DNA of 64,000 nt from Epithemia pelagica (lineage: Eukaryota > Protista > Bacillariophyta): the NCBI GenBank assembly GCA_946965045.2, contig OX337238.1, positions 620,001 through 684,000 on the forward strand, read 5' to 3'. Below, one piece after another: positions 45,601 through 54,473 of the stretch (position 1 is the stretch's first letter; each line of letters opens with the position of its first letter). Under the pieces are notes generated by a model. That model was given only the letters and a program-made list of their open reading frames with translations. It was not told the origin of the DNA and ran no database searches. Position numbers and translations under genes: made by a program.

Positions 45601-48600
45601 ATTGCTGACTCGGACTCGAGCTCCGACGACGAAGAGATGACTGATGCAAACGAAAATTTGGAAAGTGAAGATGAGATCGACGAGAACAACGAGTCCCCTT
45701 TTGTCTCACTCTGTGACAGTATCATCCAATACCTCACGTGTGTCCCCCACAGTATTACTGTGATCCATAATGTACTGGGGAAGCACGGGTTTGACCAAGA
45801 TCCAGACAAAATGGACGTCCTCTTAACCAACGCGACTGAGGAATTAGTGACAACACGCCTTGCATTCAACCGTGAGTCTGATCCAGCTACACGTGGAGAG
45901 CTGGAAATCAAGCTACACAACCAAGGCGAGCTTGTTAAAGAACTATGCATTTACACACATGCACGTGAACAGGTTGAAGGATCACCCTATTCCAATCGGA
46001 GTCTACCTTTGACTCTCATTCACGAATTTGCTTGGGACTTAGCGGCCGGCGACCTTGCTCCTGACATCCCGACGCCGGTGTGCCCTGATCGTGTTCGTTC
46101 TGATGGATCTAGCAGTACAGTCTATCCATCACAATCACAGACGCCTCGTGACAGTCCTAGCAAAGACTTTCCGGATTTCGATCAGTTCGAAATGAACTAT
46201 GCACCTTATAGTACTTTCTCGGACACCACGCCCGGAGATACACGTGGCCCTACACGTGTAAGCAACCACACTGCGCCTGTCGGGTCGGGACAAACGCAGG
46301 GCGAGACAACCACAATTTCTCCTTTCCCTTGGCCCATGTTTGCGGCTAGCTTCACGACCCTTCTTGTGGTCCTATCCAGTATCCTTTGGATCCTACCTGC
46401 TCCTCACCCTCTGGAACATGCCAACAATGCAACTATTTCAGGTTTTAAGTCTATTTGGTCGGGAATGACCCATCTGTACTTGGGAATCCGAGACTTGACC
46501 TACGGCGGATCTGCCCTTGTTTGGAGTGTTCTTATTCACCCATCGTGCCAACCGGCTTTCTTCACCTGGTTGTGCTGTTGGTTGGCTGCCTTCATGGTTG
46601 CACCCTGGGAATCGCCTAGCGTGGCACATACTGCCCCTATCCGTTCTTTATTCTCACCCCAGCCACAGCGCCCATCCGCTGTGAACCATTTCCGAGTCAA
46701 TCTCCACCCACGTCGCCAAGCTCCACCACCTTTGTTCGGGAACACGCTTCTCTCCCACACCTTCTGGTGCAAGATTGTTGGATCCATCCTTAATGGCCGC
46801 GTCCTTTCCCACTGCCTCCGTTTGATTGTTGTGTCTGTTGGTAAATTGTTGCTTTCTGGCAGGGCAAATCGCTCGAAAGAGGGAGAACACCAACCTTTGT
46901 CCCCTCGACGAGCCGGTCCCAAACGCAAACGCAAATCCGTTTTCCGACCAATTCACCCTGCTCCAGTCACCAAGAGAGCACGAATGCGGACTCGACTGAC
47001 ACGGGTTAACCGTCCATCCTTGCAACAACGACTTCGTCAACAACGAATCCATTCCAAGAAGCGACGCAACCCACAAGAAGCATACTGTACCACACCCATA
47101 GACCGCTATCAGAACCCCCATCGCGCCAACCATCCATCGAACCCGATGAACCATCATCGGAATAGGAACTCTAATAACCGCCCGTCGACAAATCCTGTCG
47201 ACATCTTCAGGAACACACGATCTGCAAAGGAACGAGAAATGTTCGCTCTTGCAGCGTGCCTTGAGGGACCCACACTCTGCGATGTCTTCAGGACCTTGGG
47301 GAGCACACCACACCACCAATGGGAACAAATTACACAAGCTGGACTCCAAGCTTGCCTTCAGGATCCTCTCGCTTTACGAAGCGCCATGCCACACAATGCA
47401 TCCTATCCAATTATTTGGGACAGCGGAGCAAGCATCTCGATCACAAACCAGACTCAAGACTTCATCGGAACAATCCAGCCCTTGCCAAACTTCAATGTAA
47501 AAGGAATCGCCAACAGGATGAAGGCAACAGGCCGAGGTTTTGTCTTATGGTCTGTGCTCGACACCGAAGGGAAGCTCAGACAGCTCAAACTTCCTGCCTT
47601 TCTTGTGCCAAAGACCAACGCAAGACTCCTGTCAACACAAAGTCTGCTCCAAACATACGACGGTGAGAAAATCATCCAAGATGGAAAGACAATGGTGCTT
47701 ACAGGAATGCCCGGTGACAAGAAACGAACGCAAATCACAATTCTCATTAATCCGTCCAACAACCTGCCCATGTCGTATGGCTACGACCACAAAGAAGTAA
47801 AGAAAAGCGCACACGCTCTCAGCTCCATCATTACAGAAACGTCACAGCACAACATGAATTTAAGTGAAGCGCAACAAGAATTGGTACGTTGGCACAATCG
47901 CTTCGGCCACCTGTCGTTTCGAAAAGTTCAATTTGTTATGAGAACCGGAGTGCTTGCAACCAGTGAACACAAGCGTCGACTCCACATCAAAGCATCCACT
48001 CTCACGAACTTACCTCTTTGTGCAGCCTGCCAATATGGCAAACAAAAGCGAAGACCGTCACCTGGAACCACAAGTTCCATTGTGAAGGATCGCAAGGGGA
48101 TAACAAAAGCAGAAAATTTATATCCTGGACAATGTGTCAGTGTCGATCATTTCGTATGCTCTACTAAGGGAAGAAGATTCAATACTCAGGGTTCATCCGC
48201 GTCTAAGGATATGTATATGGGTGGAGCAATATTCGTAGACCACGCTTCGGGTTACACCTGGATTGGCTTTCAGAGCCACTTAAATACTCATGAAACTCTA
48301 CACGTTAAAAATTCCTTCGAGTTATTTTGTAGAGACGTTGGAGTTATGCCCTCTCAGTATCTCACCGATAATGGATCGGCATTCACCTCTGCCAAATATA
48401 CAGAGTCCCTACAAACTTTTGCTCAAACGTACCGCTTTGCTGGAGTAGGGGCTCATCATCACGCCGGTATAGCCGAACGGGCCATACAAACAATTATGTC
48501 TATAGCGCGCACCATGATGCTACACGCCGCTATACATTGGCCAGAAATGGCTGATCCCTCACTATGGCCCATGGCTGTGTCCCATGCTACCTTCCTATGT

Positions 48601-51057
48601 AACCATGTCCCCAACACCGCCACCGGAATAAGCCCACATGATTTATTCACTCGCACTAGATGGGAGCAGCGAAAGTTCCACGACTTACACGTGTGGGGCT
48701 GCCCTGTCTACGTACTGGACAAATCTATGTCAGATGGAAAGAAGCTACCTAGGTGGAAGCCACGTTCCACACGGTGTATACTAATGGGCTTGAGTAATCG
48801 ACACGCAACAACTGTACCTTTAGTTTTAAACCCTTCTACAGGATATATCACACCGCAATTCCATGTGGTATTCGATGATTGGTTTTCTACAATAGCCACT
48901 TCCGTTGAGGATGTTCCAGATTTCACTAGTACTAAATGGGACCAATTATTCGGAGAATCTCGATATCAATATACTGAAGATGAAACAGAAGAAAATATGG
49001 AATCGCCTACTGCAACTGATGAGGTCCATCGATCCAAATATGAAAATCGATTGGATCATATCCATCAATCCATGGATCGGCATATTCCCGACAATCCTTT
49101 ACCCATTCCCACTCCTCCCACTTTGCCTCCTGTTTCTTCTCACTCTGCTCCCGTAGCGGAACCGACACTGCCCTCAGAGGGAGTTCCACACACCCCTGTT
49201 GCAGCGCCCCTTCCTCAGAGGGAGAACACCGTCTTAACGCCAATCGCAGAGCAGGATCCTCCTTCACCCCCTGTTATGACCCCCTTAAAATCTGCCACTC
49301 CTAAGAGGGAACAACCTCCTCCGGAACCGACTCCACCAAGTTCTTTCAGAACTAGTAGACGCTCCGGACGAACTATCCGTCCACCGCAACGTTATGTACA
49401 GGATGCTAACCTAGCCTCTCTAGCTCCGTCCTATCAGCCTAACGATCTGCTTTCAATGATGAAAGCGTCGATTTCCGACCCGGACACATTGAGCTATGAC
49501 GAAGCAATGCGAGATAACGACATAGATAGGTGGAAAGAAGCGGCCGAAAATGAGATTAGGGAACTAGAAGAAAAAGGAACATGGACGGAAGTGCCGAAAT
49601 CCGAGGCAACTACAAGAATCCTACCAGGAACATGGGTCTTTAAAAGAAAGCGCTCTCCAGATGGAGAGATACGAAAATACAAAGCTAGGTACTGTGTACG
49701 AGGAGACCTTCAGGAAACCGAAGAAGAAAATTACTCTCCTGTTGTCAATTGGAGCACAATTCGAATAGTGCTGGTCCTTAGTCTAGTTCTAGGATGGGAG
49801 CTTGCTTGCATCGATTTCAACAATGCATTCGTGCAAGCAACACTTCATGAACCTGTCTGGATTCACCTTCCAAGAGGTTTCAGATCATCATCACCCGGAA
49901 CTATGTGCCTCAGGCTTCTTAAGAGTCTATACGGACTCTCATCCGCACCAAGACTTTGGTACGATCACCTAGTAAAGGCCCTATTGGAAGATGGTTTCCA
50001 AATGAGTAAGCATGATAAATGTCTACTGTACAAGAAAGACATAATTATCTTTCTCTGGGTAGATGACTGTGGTGTATGTGCCCCTACAATGAAACTTGTA
50101 GACGACCTTATTGAACGGCTAAAAGAGAAAGGACTATCTTTGCAAAAAGAAGGAAACTTCACTGATTACCTAGGGATCAATTTTGTACATGACGAAAAGA
50201 CCAAGTCAATTACAATGACCCAAAAGGGCCTGATCAACAAAATAATCGAAGCTACAGGACTACAAGACTGTAAGCCCAACTGGACACCAGCCACACAACT
50301 GGCACTCGGAAGCGATCCAGATGGTGAACCTATGCAAGAAAAATGGCAATACAGGTCCATTGTCGGCATGCTACTGTACCTGGCCACTAACACGCGACCC
50401 GACATAGCCTTTGCAGTTAGTCAAGTAGCAAGATTTAGTACAGCTCCGAAGAAGTCTCACGCAGCAGCAATCAAAACTATAGTCCGCTACCTAGTGCGTA
50501 CTAAAGACAAGGGAACGATTTTCACCCCTACCAAAGACTTTAAGTTGGATTGTTATGTAGATGCCGATTTCGCCGGTCTACACGGACGAGAACCACAAGA
50601 TAACCCTGTAAGCGCCAAGTCCCGTACAGGATATATTCTAAGTCTTTCTGGGTGCCCTTTAATTTGGCGTTCCCAACTTCAGTCGTCAGTAGCCCTAAGT
50701 ACTCTCCAAGCCGAGTACCATGCCCTCTCACAAGCCATGCGTAGTGTCATAGCTACCCGACGTGTAGTAGAGGAACTATTGACTAATCTGGACCTTCCAT
50801 TCGAAAAGCCTACAATCTACTCAGAGGTATTCGAAGATAATTCTGGTGCCTTCTATCTTGCAACAAAGCAAAGGTTGACGCCTAGAACAAAGCATTTTAA
50901 CACCTACCTTCATTTCTTTTGGGAACATGTTGGCGATCACCCAGGAGGAACTAAGGTCAGCATGGTGAGCACAGAAGAACAACGAGCTGATTACTTTACA
51001 AAGTGTCAAGCACGTGACCTCTTCGAACGATGCCGAAAACTTAATCAAGGATGGTAA
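42604..51057 (+). CDS. Gag-Pol polyprotein (~2817 aa from first ATG; frame open from at least 42418)
   Basis: Gag WTGGKP and Zn knuckle CAICKRWNDTHGTAKH (43924); protease IIWDSGAS (47419); IN HHCC (WHNRFGH..CAAC) and D-D-E (VDH, TDNG, GIAER); RT PGTWVFKRK..YKAR and WVDD (50056); RNase H CYVDADFAG, AEY, EDN. Confidence 0.95.
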   Translation: MTEEEDAPPTVFKPTKPKIGGIFQSKRDEFVIWTGGKPKADWKGLDPTARQEYLRALQVRTFNDKRFKDRVTGPEDKFDKKKGDFSRLKDDIEQHLVMHGMDSIAYLRNPLDPTEMLFIVTEHPKYTPSKVKELMDVQMTQYDQYDRNNDVSARDFLFDCLEKGFRREVQDQARDVKSFPELFMVLVKIVTHDSPQHWEQVKKDMRGLLPQKYPGQDIMALTKDFSQKARPLIAAGLYDHTLTASLMTNILRAEWPDTPKFELMYLAKNLNDTIIEVRFQDRTTADLKMRKEKLWYTDIIETANTKYLVSVKDGEWRPKQHATDSKAPPTSFGANKAIAKTTPSPRQNRSSGHKGAMTQASLNALINSLKHPPGHNPTPSPSTGPRNPSTGHRDKGGKKKPQHKKNMTRVDRSKVHPWRLVPPASHEPESMIVDGVMYYWCAICKRWNDTHGTAKHIVGYKKNKHGTKESRAHKLEFDVSAWKTEFDCCVLCHDQDCNANDWKDLPDCMSLEEDDKGYTNTQDFDLCAFVMQCDFMEVHGTNMIQHPVNNPNFDHHSADTSSLEWSSHSNKDPPQNQEETNCCVDHITEERKTEGGTPLGLIVGSGESIVASDESFPSLPPLVRCHCCEKRCGSETEAEANTLYFDEWEDINSWYDTSSKNQNMDTDLSMAIQTVEANTAAHEASFDSSQLNLGSDDTHMRSHNTTMSSILDTTQDSSVLSDDNISMTPLKNLQRGEIASGEEQEDRKPAAMQPDISPIQMDHTSPPRLILQPRPSVRTLEEWARSFQPGLRPPATDPRISIEEEAAKARRDGMRYERAQYTVYALQHQEPKLTISQAYQRVKNEEWYLGWYLDGTRIPHHPNPAPVWPGLEIQSDPPPCLLRARIMEHRPIERGYHAQFVALLNQSNATPSPVNISDPPSVNLSSRSKACETLEQQAEDMADTADGERSFSSTSFVDTSNLGEQYVPTDASHTTNETDITYPRINPFAQYYAKMALIEIADSDSSSDDEEMTDANENLESEDEIDENNESPFVSLCDSIIQYLTCVPHSITVIHNVLGKHGFDQDPDKMDVLLTNATEELVTTRLAFNRESDPATRGELEIKLHNQGELVKELCIYTHAREQVEGSPYSNRSLPLTLIHEFAWDLAAGDLAPDIPTPVCPDRVRSDGSSSTVYPSQSQTPRDSPSKDFPDFDQFEMNYAPYSTFSDTTPGDTRGPTRVSNHTAPVGSGQTQGETTTISPFPWPMFAASFTTLLVVLSSILWILPAPHPLEHANNATISGFKSIWSGMTHLYLGIRDLTYGGSALVWSVLIHPSCQPAFFTWLCCWLAAFMVAPWESPSVAHTAPIRSLFSPQPQRPSAVNHFRVNLHPRRQAPPPLFGNTLLSHTFWCKIVGSILNGRVLSHCLRLIVVSVGKLLLSGRANRSKEGEHQPLSPRRAGPKRKRKSVFRPIHPAPVTKRARMRTRLTRVNRPSLQQRLRQQRIHSKKRRNPQEAYCTTPIDRYQNPHRANHPSNPMNHHRNRNSNNRPSTNPVDIFRNTRSAKEREMFALAACLEGPTLCDVFRTLGSTPHHQWEQITQAGLQACLQDPLALRSAMPHNASYPIIWDSGASISITNQTQDFIGTIQPLPNFNVKGIANRMKATGRGFVLWSVLDTEGKLRQLKLPAFLVPKTNARLLSTQSLLQTYDGEKIIQDGKTMVLTGMPGDKKRTQITILINPSNNLPMSYGYDHKEVKKSAHALSSIITETSQHNMNLSEAQQELVRWHNRFGHLSFRKVQFVMRTGVLATSEHKRRLHIKASTLTNLPLCAACQYGKQKRRPSPGTTSSIVKDRKGITKAENLYPGQCVSVDHFVCSTKGRRFNTQGSSASKDMYMGGAIFVDHASGYTWIGFQSHLNTHETLHVKNSFELFCRDVGVMPSQYLTDNGSAFTSAKYTESLQTFAQTYRFAGVGAHHHAGIAERAIQTIMSIARTMMLHAAIHWPEMADPSLWPMAVSHATFLCNHVPNTATGISPHDLFTRTRWEQRKFHDLHVWGCPVYVLDKSMSDGKKLPRWKPRSTRCILMGLSNRHATTVPLVLNPSTGYITPQFHVVFDDWFSTIATSVEDVPDFTSTKWDQLFGESRYQYTEDETEENMESPTATDEVHRSKYENRLDHIHQSMDRHIPDNPLPIPTPPTLPPVSSHSAPVAEPTLPSEGVPHTPVAAPLPQRENTVLTPIAEQDPPSPPVMTPLKSATPKREQPPPEPTPPSSFRTSRRSGRTIRPPQRYVQDANLASLAPSYQPNDLLSMMKASISDPDTLSYDEAMRDNDIDRWKEAAENEIRELEEKGTWTEVPKSEATTRILPGTWVFKRKRSPDGEIRKYKARYCVRGDLQETEEENYSPVVNWSTIRIVLVLSLVLGWELACIDFNNAFVQATLHEPVWIHLPRGFRSSSPGTMCLRLLKSLYGLSSAPRLWYDHLVKALLEDGFQMSKHDKCLLYKKDIIIFLWVDDCGVCAPTMKLVDDLIERLKEKGLSLQKEGNFTDYLGINFVHDEKTKSITMTQKGLINKIIEATGLQDCKPNWTPATQLALGSDPDGEPMQEKWQYRSIVGMLLYLATNTRPDIAFAVSQVARFSTAPKKSHAAAIKTIVRYLVRTKDKGTIFTPTKDFKLDCYVDADFAGLHGREPQDNPVSAKSRTGYILSLSGCPLIWRSQLQSSVALSTLQAEYHALSQAMRSVIATRRVVEELLTNLDLPFEKPTIYSEVFEDNSGAFYLATKQRLTPRTKHFNTYLHFFWEHVGDHPGGTKVSMVSTEEQRADYFTKCQARDLFERCRKLNQGW

Positions 51058-51121
51058 CTCCTCTCTCTCTTTCTGCCCTCCGACATCTCGGGGCATATCG
51101 CAATTTGAGAAATCACTCCAT

Positions 51122-51130
51122 GAGAGGGAG
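51122..51130 (+). promoter_or_regulatory. Polypurine tract GAGAGGGAG
   Basis: Purine-only run immediately 5' of the 3' LTR. Confidence 0.85.
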
Positions 51131-51845
51131 AGTTAAGACATAGCTATTCTACAACGTCTGTATCCGATCAACTAGTCCAGCTAGCACACCTAGTTTATCG
51201 TCCAGGTTTGAGACATCTGTTACAAACCGCTGCATGCGACACAAACCTTGACGTGTATCTAAGATTCATTACGTGTACTTAAATAGAAGTAGGCCGTTGA
51301 ACGGACAGACGGACCCGCAACAGGAATTTGTGGATAAGCATAACTATGCCCTCTACTATCCGGAAGAGATGTACGCTGGACGAGCTACACTCGGAAGTAA
51401 GGGCTACATAAATCGAGGATCCAGAAAAGAACGTGATCCTCGAGAATAGAACTTGATCTTCATCAACAGGAGATCCAACCCAAGATGGAACACATTCCTC
51501 TATGGAGTAGAACAAGTTCTATTAGTCCCTAATCGTAGCTCCATAGTACTTGTCCACTGAAGTAAGGAATACGCTCCTCATGTACGACTAGATTTTGGGG
51601 GATGATGACCGAACGATCCGAGAGGAGCCAAACCATCTCAAGATGAAAAACACAATCTTTAGTTTAATCTCACTTCTTTATAAACATCCAGTTTGATAAC
51701 CGAACTTGTTTTGTAACGGAGGAGTCGACCTATTACGCTGATAGAAGGTGAGGGCCCCATCGTCTATTGTGCATATAGGTTGACCTAGAGAAACTACTGT
51801 ATCTAACTCTATCGTCTAGAGTTAGCTTTTCACCCACCTTTAACT
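51131..51845 (+). repeat. 3' LTR (715 bp)
   Basis: Direct repeat of 41494-42208, followed by TSD GGAGA. Confidence 0.96.
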
Positions 51846-52507
51846 GGAGAGAAACGAGGCAGGATGTCACCAGAATTTTTGGGGACTCAATCATCCGTTG
51901 CCGAGCAGTCAGACGCACGACGATCTATCTCCGCTCTAGCTTTTCCACTGTTACCACAAAATTATCGGTCACAGTCAGTGTCATCCATTCAATGGTTGCC
52001 ACGATCGAGGACACGCATCCAGCGCGAATAAAGTGTCGCTATGGTACTCTGCAAAAACATGATCACCAGTCGTATCGGAGACATTCATGACACCAAAACA
52101 TTTTTGGTTTGGTTCGCCGGACATCTCCGAGTCTTTCAGTGTACCCAAACTCCAAACGGAACCATGCGCGACACAGAGAAACTATACAATTTGCTAGATT
52201 GGATGAAAGACATGGAAACTTTCTCTCTCCAATTTGGGGACATTATCAGCCGGAAGGACACATTACAATGATGAACGCACAACGGCAACGGACATTGAAA
52301 ATTTGATAGCAAAGAAGAATAACCGGCAAGCCTCAATAAAGGCACGAGACCTGGACAGCGTCAATCGCACTGTGGGCACCGTGCTAGCAGAGGACGATCT
52401 CATAAAATGCATTTGGAGATGAGAACAAAGCAACGGCACAAGCCAACTCACCACAACCTTTTTTGAAACCAAGAAGTCCACGTTTCCCGTCTCCTACATT
52501 GATCAAG

Positions 52508-52921
52508 ATGGCCATTTTTCGCTTCCCTTCCTTTTCTGCCGTGTTGGTTTCTCTTTTGTTGTGGTTGTCTTCGACCAGCAATGTATTGGTCCTGGCTTCT
52601 GACAGTGGCAAGGCTGGCATGATGGGTGGTGACAGTGGCAAGGCTGGCATGATGGGCGGTGACAGCGGCAAAGCTGGCATGATGGGCGGTGACAGTGGCA
52701 AGGCTGGCATGATGGGCGGTGACAGCAGTGGCAAGGCTGGTGGCAAGGGCATGACCAAGGCTCCCAAGGCAGATAGTGGCAAGGCTGGTGGCAAGGGCAT
52801 GACCAAGGCTCCCAAGGCAGATAGTGGCTAGGCTGGTGGCAAGGGCATGACCAAGGCTCCCAAGGCAGATAGTGGCAAGGCTGGTGGCAAGGGTGATAGC
52901 CGTCGCCGTCACAGGAACTAA
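52508..52921 (+). pseudogene. Secreted silaffin-like Gly/Lys/Met-rich repeat protein interrupted by one premature TAG (52829-52831); 107 aa truncated, 137 aa if read through
   Basis: Signal peptide MAIFRFPSFSAVLVSLLLWLSSTSNVLVLA, then (DSGKAGMMGG)x4, (SGKAGGKGMTKAPKAD)x3 and a basic tail DSRRRHRN*. The TAG sits where sister repeats have AAG. Confidence 0.75.
52601..52894 (+). repeat. Compound coding minisatellite: 4 x 30 bp (52601-52720) plus 3.5 x 48 bp (52727-52894)
   Basis: Units read directly from the sequence; the 48-bp units are identical except for the A>T in unit 3. Confidence 0.95.
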
Positions 52922-54473
52922 ATTTTGATGATACCCATGTGACTTGAAGAAAGATTGGTGGTCACGCAATTCATGCGTCTACGGCAGCAGGTGTCGGTGA
53001 CCGCGCTACCATTGTCCTGTTAATATATGTTCATAATACCGCCGTTTCTTCTATTGGCTTCTTGTTCTAGACCTACTGTACATGAGGTTGGATCTTGCCC
53101 ATCCATCGCAGACATTCGTGGTATACCTGGCGGACAGTTTTATCCCGCCAAGGCAGGGATTCCACCAGCATTTCATTCCTGTCGTCCACACATGCTTCTG
53201 ATTCCGCAATGAAGCCGTGTTCACTTCTGTAGTGTTCAAGTGTCCCCCACCATCTCCCAAAGAGAAGAACGCAACCGTGTCTCCGACGTTGAGAAAACAG
53301 AATGGCATGCATCGGACCCCCTGGAGATATCAATCTCTGGATGTCATCTGACACGAAGCACCAACGCACATCTCTCCAGCCTCGTCTTCACCGCAACGCA
53401 AGTATGGGACAGCCGCTTTTGCCTTGTGCCGGGAAAGGATGGTAATTGATTGCATAGTTACAACCTTTCATCGTGCGATAAGAGTAGGTAGTCCCTCTTC
53501 AACGACAAAACTAGCTAGAGGCAGATCGGGTGGCACATAGCCCAAAGTACCCATAGTCTATAGTCTATTGTGTATGTCCGATCCGGCGGGTGTATAACTT
53601 CTGTCATCCATCCGACATTTTTCTTTTTTCATTTTAGTTTTTACTTGAAATTATAACTCAGTTTTTTTCTCTAAAAGCAGTAATTATAACGTCCATAGCA
53701 ACTGTCATGACTGGCTTCGCGCGCTTCGCCCTGGCTTTGGCTTGATACGGAGCACGACGCGAAGAAATCCCACACAAGGATGAACAGTGAACGCACACGT
53801 GAAACAGAAAAAAACATGCACAAACACAAGACAAGTGACAATGGCCCACAACAAGGAAAGCTCTTAGTACATTGACTGCAACTAAAATACAAGCATAGTC
53901 AACTCTATATGTATCTAGGTACTCCTCCTATTTGTTTAGGCTTCCTGGCCCTATCCATTGTATTGTGTCCTTCCTTAGACTCTGATGTCATCCACACACT
54001 GGTTGATTGTCATCTTGTCATTTTTCATCCTTCTTCTCATTCGGTTGATTGCCGCGTTTACTGATGATCCAGGGGGTAGATCTTGACAGTAGTTTTCATG
54101 CTATGGTCATTCATTTTGCTGGATTGTTCGATTTTGTTGCAGCCCCATTGTCATTTCTTGTGGTTCGTCGAAAAGTGAGAAGTGAGACGATTCATGGCAC
54201 AAAATACGAGGCGAGGCCGGCGTTCAGATTTCAACGATCGAAGGCAGGCTGACGATTTGACATGGCAGGCGCTTTGGAAAAAAAACAAGAGGCCAAAGTT
54301 GGGCAACGCACGAAGGACAGAAAATATACACCTCTTGAATCGTTCCCATAGTGCGCGTTGTCACCAAAAAATTCAACGGCGCACAACCATGGCGGTTTTC
54401 TCTTTCTGTATTTCTACAGGAACCGTTTTGGGAAGCAATCCCAACAGTGCCTTTTCTTGCAGCATTGCTAGCC

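Larger units (their letters stand above)
41494..51845 (+). mobile_element. Full-length intact Ty1/copia LTR retrotransposon (CoDi-like), 10,352 bp
   Basis: Two 715-bp LTRs, 5-bp TSD GGAGA (41489-41493 and 51846-51850), PBS, PPT, and a single ORF with copia domain order Gag-PR-IN-RT-RH. Confidence 0.97.

Noticed and set aside
41402-52031. Possible host ORF interrupted by the retrotransposon (rejoining flanks at the GGAGA TSD gives ~91 open codons)
   Set aside because: It starts right after a TAA with no upstream ATG, is short, and has no recognisable motif. This is compatible with chance.
52448-52969. 173-aa minus-strand repeat ORF (LATSLATICLGSLGHA)n
   Set aside because: Antisense shadow of the silaffin-like repeats. 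The plus strand has the signal peptide and coherent composition.
41043-53598. GTTATAC (41044) / GTATAAC (53592) as possible TIRs of an older element hosting the copia
   Set aside because: Only a 7-bp match, with no TSD and no transposase evidence.
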